A stretch of DNA of 20,155 nt from Candidatus Eiseniibacteriota bacterium (lineage in GTDB: Bacteria; Eisenbacteria; RBG-16-71-46; DASYSL01): assembly GCA_031431875.1 (NCBI GenBank), contig JANPEF010000029.1:1-20155 (forward strand), in the 5' to 3' direction. The stretch's first letter is position 1, and every line of letters begins with the position of its first letter. The notes beneath the pieces are model-generated. The model did not search any database and was not told the DNA's origin. It saw only the letters and a list, made by a program, of their open reading frames with translations. Below are positions 1-7,082 of the stretch, one piece after another. A program made the position numbers and the translations under genes.

Positions 1-1
1 G

Positions 2-2128
2 GCGAACACGCCGGTGTCCCGGAGCGCGCCGCCGCTCCAGACGGCGGGCTGGGAGGCCGTGGTCGACGGCTCTGCCCTCTTCGCCAACTCCGACGGCCTG
101 CGGATGGGGGCCAACTCGTATTGGGATGCGACCGTGCTGCGCCCGCTCGCCGCCGCGGCGGACCACGATCTGTATCTGCATGCGGCCAGCACCGGCGCCG
201 CGGATGGGTTCGGCATCGCGCTGAGCGTCTCGGCCCGCGGGAACGGAGCCCTTGATGCGGTCATCGTGAACCGCAACCTCGTGGGTTGGAACGCCTATGA
301 CGTCGGCGTGGTCAACTACAACGCCAACAGTTCCGACTACGAGGTGGTCCACGCGACCAACTCGGCGCTGGCCTTCGGTGACTCGGTCACGGTGCCGTTT
401 GCGCAGGACCAGATGCTGAGGATCTGGGAATTCTACGTGTCCCCGTCCGACCTCGGGCCGGTGAGCTTCACGGTCGATGTCGATCCAGCCGTCGGTCCCC
501 TTCAGGCCCAGTGGCTGAACCAGGACTTCCAGACGGGTGGGCTCCTTGCCTATTCCGCCGCTTCGCAGACCGATATTGCGGGTCGCGCCCGGATGGATGT
601 CAACATCACCGTCGCCGGCTATCACGCGCTCGTGGTCTACCGCGATGACAACTGGAGCAAGGGGAACGGCCCGATCAATGTCACGATCGAGATCCAGAAG
701 ACCCCGCCGGATTTCGTGCCCCTGCACGCAGCGGGTTGGCATGCGCCCATCGTGCCGCGCGCGGCGTTCGACGGGACCGGCGGTTCGGTACCGGCGCCGT
801 CGACCCTGCCCGGCAATATCGCTTCGACGTTCCTGAACATGGCCGTGCGCAACGAGAGTCCCTCTGATTCACCGGTCGGTCTACCGGGGCATGTCTACAT
901 CGACGGCGGCTACGCTGCCTGGGTGGCCTGGGGAGGGTTTCCGGCCTATGCCGACGGTCTGTTCAACTGGGACAGCCCGTGGACCTTCAGTGGAGGCAGG
1001 CACACGCTGGCCTGGAAGTTGGACGCCGATCTGACGATCGAGGAAATCCACGAGGACAACAACGTCTACGGCGAACAGTGGGTGTGGTCGCCGCTGGATC
1101 TCGTCAACGACACGCCGGTTGTCCGGGACAGCCCGGCTGATCCGTATGGCGGGTGGACCGATCTCAGCACCGGCGAGATCTTCTATCCCAACTGCGACGG
1201 CTTGCGGATGCCGAATGCCGGCGGCTACTGGCGAGCGGTGGCGGTCATGCCCGGTGCCGACAGTGACGTCGACCTGCGGCTGTTCCCGGCCAGTAACGGT
1301 GCGAAAGATGGGTTTGCGGCGAACCTCGCCGGGTCCTATTGGGGCGGGTCTTCTTCGGACTACGTGCTGGTGAACTTCAACGTGGCTCCGGGGGGGTTCC
1401 AGCCCTACGACGCGGGCGCCGTGCGGTACTCCGGTGGGGACAGCTACACGACCGAGTCGACCGCTTCGGATGACCGGCTCATCGGACCGGAGGGCACCTT
1501 CGGTCCGTACAGCCTGCCGACCAACCGTATCGTCAATCTGGTGGAACTCCGCCTGTGGGCCGGTCCGACGGGGGTGCGCCTGATCAACCTGTCCGGATCG
1601 GTGGACTGGGGGATCAGCCTGCACGCCGCGGACCTGGCGTATCAGGGAAAGTCCGACGCCGTGGGCACCTCGTCCAGTGATGGTGGCGCCGGCATGGACG
1701 AACTGCTGGTCGTCGATGTGCCTTCGGATGGCTACTATTGTCTCGCCGTGTGGAAAACCACCACCAGGGAGTTGGAGAGGGCCGGCACCTACGACCTGAC
1801 AATTACGCCGATGGAGGCCGTCGGGGTGGACGATCTCGTGCCGGCGCCCAATGCCCCGACGCTGGTCGACATCACCCCGAACCCGTTCAATCCGGCGACG
1901 AATATCGCCTTCGAGCTTGCCCGTGAAGGGCAGGTGCAACTGGAGATCTACGACCTCCGGGGGCGGCGCGTGCGGACGCTGGTGCATGGGACCGCGGGCG
2001 CCGGTCGGCACGTCGCGACTTGGAATGGCAGTGACGACACGGGCGATCGAGTGGTCAGCGGTCTGTACATTGTCCGCCTGAGCTCCGGAGGTGTCATGGA
2101 GACGAAGAAGCTGATGCTCATGCAATGA
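2..2128 (+). CDS. Large secreted repeat protein (5'-truncated) with CARDB-like segment and C-terminal FlgD Ig-like/T9SS-like sorting domain
   Basis: The frame is open from the window edge (ANTPVSRSAPP...). It has an internal repeat of about 360 aa (NTPVSR..GW..NSDGLRM..YW..DLYL..ASTGAADGF vs NDTPVVR..GW..NCDGLRM..YW..DLRL..ASNGAKDGF). A CARDB-like GRHTLAWKLDADLTIEEIHEDNN segment precedes the C-terminal PNPFNPATNIAFEL..IYDLRGRRVRTLV..WNG.DD.G..V.SGLY.VRL. Stop TGA at 2126-2128. Confidence 0.9.
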   Translation, partial: ANTPVSRSAPPLQTAGWEAVVDGSALFANSDGLRMGANSYWDATVLRPLAAAADHDLYLHAASTGAADGFGIALSVSARGNGALDAVIVNRNLVGWNAYDVGVVNYNANSSDYEVVHATNSALAFGDSVTVPFAQDQMLRIWEFYVSPSDLGPVSFTVDVDPAVGPLQAQWLNQDFQTGGLLAYSAASQTDIAGRARMDVNITVAGYHALVVYRDDNWSKGNGPINVTIEIQKTPPDFVPLHAAGWHAPIVPRAAFDGTGGSVPAPSTLPGNIASTFLNMAVRNESPSDSPVGLPGHVYIDGGYAAWVAWGGFPAYADGLFNWDSPWTFSGGRHTLAWKLDADLTIEEIHEDNNVYGEQWVWSPLDLVNDTPVVRDSPADPYGGWTDLSTGEIFYPNCDGLRMPNAGGYWRAVAVMPGADSDVDLRLFPASNGAKDGFAANLAGSYWGGSSSDYVLVNFNVAPGGFQPYDAGAVRYSGGDSYTTESTASDDRLIGPEGTFGPYSLPTNRIVNLVELRLWAGPTGVRLINLSGSVDWGISLHAADLAYQGKSDAVGTSSSDGGAGMDELLVVDVPSDGYYCLAVWKTTTRELERAGTYDLTITPMEAVGVDDLVPAPNAPTLVDITPNPFNPATNIAFELAREGQVQLEIYDLRGRRVRTLVHGTAGAGRHVATWNGSDDTGDRVVSGLYIVRLSSGGVMETKKLMLMQ

Positions 2129-2414
2129 AGTGGTCGAAGCGATGTAGGATCACGGGTTCGCCGTCGGGGTCAAGTTCTGCACACGGTGGAACGGATTGAG
2201 GAGAACTGGCTAACTATGCCTCCCGAAACCCCACCTGAGGTCACGCCAAAGGGGGGGAGGTTCTGAGCAACTCAGGCCTCAGGGGTCCCTGCGTACTGAG
2301 CACCGACACGCTCCCGTTCCGGATCGATTCCCTTCCCCGCTGGTCGATGGCCCCTGCCAAGCTTAGGATGGGCGAAACAAGAATCCCCTCTGCCCACCCG
2401 AGTCGGAGAAGCCC

Positions 2415-2858
2415 ATGCCTGCAAAGAAATCAGCAAAGAAACCGTCTGGAAAATCGGCGAGAAAAGCCTCGAAGAAGCCCGCGCCGAGACCCGCGCAGGC
2501 GATGAAGCGCGCGGTGGTCGCCAGCCCGGCCAAAAGAGCAGGAAGGAAGGCCACGAAGAAGGTCGTGCAGAAGGCTGCGAGCAGGATTGTAAAGAAGTCC
2601 GGAAAAGAGCCCACGAAGTCGGTCGCTACGGGGGGCCGAGCCCGCGCCGCGGCAAAGCCTGCGCCCGCGGCGGCGCTCCGCGTTCCCGAGCGAGTCCGTC
2701 CTCTCGACGTGCCGCGGTACAAAGGGGAAAATGAGATCGAGTCGGGAGGCGGCCCCGCGACCGTCCCCCGGGCCGATCCGAAGGCCGAGCATGCGCGTGA
2801 GCATATGAAAAAATGGGGGGTATCGATTCGCAACGGGTCGAAGAGCACCACCGAATGA
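2415..2858 (+). CDS. Lys/Ala/Arg-rich histone-H1-like hypothetical protein
   Basis: GGAG at 2405-2408 precedes ATG 2415. N-terminus MPAKKSAKKPSGKSARKASKKPAPRPA is highly basic and low-complexity. The 3' end is uncertain because of an A6/G6 run at 2808-2820. Confidence 0.65.
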   Translation: MPAKKSAKKPSGKSARKASKKPAPRPAQAMKRAVVASPAKRAGRKATKKVVQKAASRIVKKSGKEPTKSVATGGRARAAAKPAPAAALRVPERVRPLDVPRYKGENEIESGGGPATVPRADPKAEHAREHMKKWGVSIRNGSKSTTE

Positions 2859-2928
2859 CGCGCCACAAGAAGAACCAATAGCCCGCTACGAAAGTGACGG
2901 AGCAATCGCTTACCTGCTCGCCGAGCCT

Positions 2929-2988
2929 GTTCATGAACCTCTTGAACTGGCGCGGGTTCCCGTTGCGACGGACGCCGAGGACATCCGC
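2929..2988 (-). pseudogene. Possible short remnant of a KAP-family P-loop NTPase
   Basis: Translates as ADVLGVRRNGNPRQFKRFMN, resembling the NPRxxKRFxN motif of KAP NTPases. No Walker motifs or other parts of the gene are visible. Confidence 0.3.
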
Positions 2989-3082
2989 CGCACATTTTCG
3001 CATCCGGCTCTCGGGTCGTCAGCAGGCCCGGGCCGAGCTGACGGTACTCACTTGACGCGCCCTCCTGAGAACTCGGCGCGTA

Positions 3083-3232
3083 TCAGTTCGTCTCTGCCCA
3101 GACCCGGTCGACGAAGGCGTCATCGCGCAGCAGCGTCTTCACGTCCAGGATGACGAAGGCTTCAAGGTCGTCGGCCCGCACGTACTCCTCATCGCACCGC
3201 TTCACCCGCTCGCGCGTCAGGCAGGCGTATCT
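3083..3232 (-). pseudogene. Fragment of a large serine recombinase (zinc-ribbon to coiled-coil junction)
   Basis: My translation, not in the ORF track: RYACLTRERVKRCDEEYVRADDLEAFVILDVKTLLRDDAFVDRVWAETN*. It matches the Y-x-C-x8-C-x4-(I/V)xAxxLExxV..L.D pattern of LSR zinc-ribbon regions. There is no start codon, and it begins just after the stop of the 3269-4264 gene. Confidence 0.7.
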
Positions 3233-3268
3233 GGTTTTGGGCGGTGGTGCCGGCGTTCGAACGACCCC

Positions 3269-4264
3269 TTAGCGGTACGCGACCTTGAGCGCGCCCCAAC
3301 TCGAGCGTTGCGCCGATGTGGGAGTGCAGTTGAGTCCGGAGAACTGAATCAGGTACTTGGAGCCGCAGGCAACGCGTGCGCGCATGTACAAGACGAGCCA
3401 CAGTCGATAGCGCCCTGGAAGCAGCACTCCGTTGAACGCGATCCCATGCGTGGTCTGCCAGTATCCAAGATCCTCTCCGGGATCCGCGCCGGTCGGCAGC
3501 CGGGACAACTGCCACTCGAGCGTGGTTCGCCCGGACATCGTGATCGTCACCATGGACGCGGTGGCCAGTTCGAACTCGTAGAAGTCCACGTCGTGCGGTG
3601 CCTCGGCGCTCGAGTTCCAACCGTGCGTCCCGCACACCGTGACCTCCGACCCGGTGCAGGGGACCGTGGTTGCGTGACACCCGCCCGCGAGGCTGCAACC
3701 GTTGAAGTCATCGACATAACCGGGGAGGCACGAGTTCTCGCCCTCCTGGATGGCACCGGGTGGGCACCGCACGTACACGGGCTCGCAAGTTCCCGCACAC
3801 TCGTCGATCGAGAGAATGTACTCGCCGCAGAAACCGCCCTCGCCGTCGATCACGACATAGTAGGGCGAGCCACCGACCAGGGATAGTTGGCCGATATATC
3901 CGCCCTTGAGACAATTGCCCGAGTCGCAAACGAGGCGTGTGCGCGAGGCATCATAGACACTCACGGAGCCCCAGAAGGCCGAATTGCACATCGAGATCGT
4001 GACCGTCATGTCGTGGTCGGGAACGTACCGGTAGACCACGTCGGGCGCGCCCGGAGGGTGAGGGCCGCAAATGGTGACGGCATCGTCCCCAAAACCGCAG
4101 GTTGATCCGGTCGCAAGGAGAGGCAGTCCCGGCACGGAAAAGGCGTCGTCGAACGTATCCCCCGGGATCCCTGCTCCGGCCTCTCCCGAGATCGCGCCCG
4201 CGCCCACGAACATCAGGAGCAACCAGGCCGCCACCCGGCCCCGGGCTCGAATCCGATGCGTCAT
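3269..4264 (-). CDS. Secreted Cys-rich protein with PPC-like beta-sandwich modules and C-terminal SWGALKVAYR motif
   Basis: GGGGAG SD upstream of ATG at 4264 (preferred to 4300). Signal peptide MTHRIRARGRVAAWLLLMFVGAGAISGEAGA, motifs APDVVYRY, YYVVIDG and DVDFYEF, many Cys residues. Ends TSAQRSSWGALKVAYR. Confidence 0.85.
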   Translation of the reverse strand: MTHRIRARGRVAAWLLLMFVGAGAISGEAGAGIPGDTFDDAFSVPGLPLLATGSTCGFGDDAVTICGPHPPGAPDVVYRYVPDHDMTVTISMCNSAFWGSVSVYDASRTRLVCDSGNCLKGGYIGQLSLVGGSPYYVVIDGEGGFCGEYILSIDECAGTCEPVYVRCPPGAIQEGENSCLPGYVDDFNGCSLAGGCHATTVPCTGSEVTVCGTHGWNSSAEAPHDVDFYEFELATASMVTITMSGRTTLEWQLSRLPTGADPGEDLGYWQTTHGIAFNGVLLPGRYRLWLVLYMRARVACGSKYLIQFSGLNCTPTSAQRSSWGALKVAYR

Positions 4265-4432
4265 GAGCTGTCTCCCCGCGTGAACCCCGGGAGAGCCCAT
4301 CTCGCTCGGGAAAAGAGCGTTGCGCCGCGACGGGCGAGGGTCAAGAGCTTAGTGGCCTGGTCCGGAAGGAAGTCCGGACGGCGCGATTACCGTCCCGGGT
4401 GTCGGGGCGCGGTCCAATCCGGGGCCGCTCAT

Positions 4433-4449
4433 TGTGCTAAAATTGCACA
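4433..4449 (+). promoter_or_regulatory. Extended -10 element (TG-C-TAAAAT) inside a TGTGC-N7-GCACA inverted repeat; probable promoter/operator
   Basis: TGTGCTAAAATTGCACA forms an AT-rich patch in the divergent intergenic region, about 110 nt upstream of ATG 4552. Confidence 0.45.
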
Positions 4450-4551
4450 CATCGACTTGAGTTCATGATTCCCGGCCGGCCGCTCGTGGCCCGGTCCCCG
4501 ATTCGGTGCGCGGCCTGCGTTTCTGCGCGTTCCGGAAGCGCAGGAGCATTG

Positions 4552-6672
4552 ATGGCCCCCGTCCGCTCGCACGTCGCACCGCTTCTCGCCGCCTGCTTCT
4601 CGCTGGTCCTCGCTTCTCCCGCGTTCGCGGTCACGGCGACCGGGCGCCTCCAGGTCATCCATCTCGACGTCGGGCAGGGAGACGGGGCGGTGCTCATCTC
4701 GCCGCTCGGCCAGGTCGTGATGATCGACAACGGGGTGAGTACCAACCCGACGCCGGCGATGGGAGTGAAGGTCCCGGCCCAGTTGCAGGCGCTCGGTGTC
4801 ACGCACGTCGATTACCACTTCGCGAGCCACTACCACTCCGATCACATCGGGCTGTTCAAGACGATCTTCGGCGTGGGCGGTGTCGCGACCCTCGGCTACG
4901 GCTGGGACCGCGGCTTCTCGTACACGACGCAGACCTACACCGACTACGTCGCCACCGTGGGTACCAAGCGGCGCACGCTCGCCAAGGACCAGGTCATCAC
5001 GCTCGACTCGCTGTCGGCGCACCCGGTCTACATCAAGTGCGTGGACCTCAATGCCCCGGGCAGCACGACGACCGACGAGAACTCGAACTGCCTGGTGCTG
5101 AAGGTGAGCTACGGCGAGTTCGACATGTCCTTCGGCGGCGATCTGCCCGGGGCGACCACGGGAAGTTACGTGAACATGGAGACGACGATCGGGCCCCCGA
5201 CGGGCTCACTCGAGGCCTACAAGGTGCACCACCACGGCTCGGCGAGCTCGAGCCACGCAGCCTGGCTTGCCGCCACGCAACCGAAGGTCGCCGTCGTGTC
5301 GGCCGGCACCGGCAACTCCTACGGACATCCCACGGCCGCGGCGATGAACCGTCTCCACAGCGCGGGAACGAAGGTGTACTGGACGGAGACCGGCTCGGGT
5401 GCCGCGCCGCTGGCGGGCTGGGACAAGGTGTCGAATGGTCAGGTCATCCTCTCCGCGACCTGGGAGCCGGGCGGCGTCGACACGATTCGCGGCAACGGCT
5501 TCGCCGACACGTTCACCAACTCGGGCACGCCGCTCGACACGACGCCGCCGCTCGTGGTGCTGAACGCGCCTGACGGGGGCGAGGACTGGACGGTCGGCTC
5601 CACGCAGGCGATCACCTGGACCGCATCGGATGCCGTTGGCGTGACCGTGGTGGACCTCGATTACTCGACCGACGGCGGAGCGACGTATCCCAACCCGATC
5701 GCGAACGGGCTCGCCAACAGCGGCTCGTTTGCGTGGATCGTGCCCGGCCCGTCGACCAGCGCCGCCCGCGTGCGGGTGACCGCGCGTGACGCGGCAGGCA
5801 ATGCGGCGCAGGACGGCAGCAACGCCGACTTCAGCATCAGCCTCGATGCCCGCAGTCTCACGATTGCCATCGTCGGACAGGGCACTGTCGTCGCGACGCC
5901 GAACCTCGTGTCGTACCCGGATGGCGCGACGGTGCAGCTCGATGCAGCGGCCGCACTCGGCTGGGCGTTCACGGGGTGGAGCGGCGACCAGAGCGGGACT
6001 GAGAATCCGCTCTCGTTCGCCATGCTTTCCGACTTGGGCGTCACGGCCCACTTCGCGGATGTGGTCGCGCCCGACGTCGTGATCAACTCACCCAACGGGG
6101 GCGAGGTGCTCACCGCCGGCCAGCAGAGCACCATCTCGTGGACCGCGGAGGACAATGCCGCCGTGGACTCGGTCCAGGTGGAGTGGTCGCCGTCGGGCAT
6201 GGCCGGGCCGTGGGTGCTCCTCGAGCACGGCCTGAGCAACTCCGGCGAGGTGGGGTGGATCGTCCCGAACCAGGCGACCGACAGCGCCTACGTGCGCGTA
6301 CTCGCGTTCGACGGCGCCGCGAACACGGGGAACGATGCGAGCGACGCTGCGTTCAAGATCCTCGGCTCGGGCCCGGTGGCAGTGGGGGATGGCGCGGCCG
6401 TCCTCGCCCTCTCGGCCCCGGCTCCGAACCCCGCGTACGGCGCCGCCCTGCTTCGCTTCTCGCTTCCCTTTGCGGGCACGGCGCGTCTCGACCTGGTGGA
6501 CATCGCCGGCCGGCGCGTCTGGAGCGTCGAGGGTGCCTTCGCGGCGGGCGCGCACACGTGGACGTGGAGCGGGTCCGCTGCGCAGGGAGGCCGGGTGCGG
6601 GCCGGGCTGTACTTCGTGCGGCTGGTCACGCCGTGGGGAGCGCGCTCCGAGCGGTTCGTCGTGCTCCGGTAG
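4552..6672 (+). CDS. Secreted ComEC/Rec2-type metallo-beta-lactamase-fold hydrolase with Ig-like repeats and C-terminal FlgD Ig-like domain
   Basis: AGGAG at 4542-4546 before ATG 4552. Signal peptide ends ASPAFA. Motifs LDVGQGDG, IDNG, SHYHSDHIG, DENSN, GGDL, KVHHHGS, NSYGHP. Two P(D/N)GGE..G...I.W.A.D Ig-like repeats, an InlB-B-like GWAFTGWSGD module, and a C-terminal PNP..DIAGRRV..GLYFVRL. Confidence 0.92.
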   Translation: MAPVRSHVAPLLAACFSLVLASPAFAVTATGRLQVIHLDVGQGDGAVLISPLGQVVMIDNGVSTNPTPAMGVKVPAQLQALGVTHVDYHFASHYHSDHIGLFKTIFGVGGVATLGYGWDRGFSYTTQTYTDYVATVGTKRRTLAKDQVITLDSLSAHPVYIKCVDLNAPGSTTTDENSNCLVLKVSYGEFDMSFGGDLPGATTGSYVNMETTIGPPTGSLEAYKVHHHGSASSSHAAWLAATQPKVAVVSAGTGNSYGHPTAAAMNRLHSAGTKVYWTETGSGAAPLAGWDKVSNGQVILSATWEPGGVDTIRGNGFADTFTNSGTPLDTTPPLVVLNAPDGGEDWTVGSTQAITWTASDAVGVTVVDLDYSTDGGATYPNPIANGLANSGSFAWIVPGPSTSAARVRVTARDAAGNAAQDGSNADFSISLDARSLTIAIVGQGTVVATPNLVSYPDGATVQLDAAAALGWAFTGWSGDQSGTENPLSFAMLSDLGVTAHFADVVAPDVVINSPNGGEVLTAGQQSTISWTAEDNAAVDSVQVEWSPSGMAGPWVLLEHGLSNSGEVGWIVPNQATDSAYVRVLAFDGAANTGNDASDAAFKILGSGPVAVGDGAAVLALSAPAPNPAYGAALLRFSLPFAGTARLDLVDIAGRRVWSVEGAFAAGAHTWTWSGSAAQGGRVRAGLYFVRLVTPWGARSERFVVLR

Positions 6673-6735
6673 GCTCATTTTCCCGCGTCGTGACCCGGCG
6701 GAAACGAATCGGTCACACGCCGGGCGTAGGGTCTT

Positions 6736-6802
6736 GATCACGGAACGCGGCGGCGATTTCCCGACACCCATTCGACTCCGCACGCCGCTTCGTTCCGTGA
6801 TC
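6736..6802. other. Long inverted repeat (12 bp + 6 bp stems, 27-nt loop)
   Basis: GATCACGGAACG (6736-6747) pairs with CGTTCCGTGATC (6791-6802). GCGGCG (6750-6755) pairs with CGCCGC (6783-6788). Confidence 0.7.
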
Positions 6803-6813
6803 GCGGATGGCAA

Positions 6814-6854
6814 CGGGCCCCCGGGACATTGACCCGGGGGCCCGCATTCTTGTT
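6814..6854 (+). terminator. Probable intrinsic terminator downstream of the MBL hydrolase gene
   Basis: Perfect 12-bp GC stem CGGGCCCCCGGG / CCCGGGGGCCCG (6814-6825 / 6833-6844) with a 7-nt loop, followed by CATTCTTGTT. Confidence 0.6.
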
Positions 6855-6870
6855 CCCGCGGCGGGGGAGC

Positions 6871-6914
6871 GGTTCGAGTCCCATCCGGGGAGCCATCTGT
6901 GGCTGTGTACGAAC
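6871..6914 (+). repeat. att-like site 1: tRNA-Asn-type 3'-end fragment joined to an attP-type right arm (attL-like hybrid)
   Basis: GG-TTCGAGT-CCCAT-CCGGGGA-G-CCA (6871-6895) has tRNA T-loop/acceptor spacing with the Asn-type GGAGCCA end. The right arm TGTGGCTGTGTACGAAC (6898-6914) is identical to 16326-16342. Confidence 0.75.
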
Positions 6915-7070
6915 AGGGTCGGCGCGAGCCGGCCCGTTCGTGTTTCAGGGGCAGACGCTCCACCCGTGGTCCGTGGGGGCCAGGATGAAGCAGGAACTGG
7001 CCCCGGGCAGGCGACCCCGGGCTGCCCGGGGTCGATGGCGCAGGAGCGGACAGCCCGGCTGCCGTTAGGG

Positions 7071-7076
7071 TAGATT
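7071..7076 (+). promoter_or_regulatory. -10 hexamer TAGATT 6 nt before ATG; probable leaderless transcript
   Basis: TAGATT-CCGCCG-ATG, with no Shine-Dalgarno directly upstream of ATG 7083. Confidence 0.5.
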
Positions 7077-7082
7077 CCGCCG

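Noticed and set aside
2260..2309. Sixth degenerate att-like site (GTTCTG...GGGGTCCC...CGACAC)
   Set aside because: The arm spacing is off and the core differs. It is too weak without a PWM score.
3086..3110. att-like GTTCG-N15-GG at the end of the LSR fragment
   Set aside because: It lacks the GGGGAGCCA core and is explained by the recombinase coding sequence.
6818..6895. Intact tRNA-Asn gene
   Set aside because: Only the last 25 nt fit. The T stem (AGCGG/CCCAT), D arm and anticodon stem do not pair.
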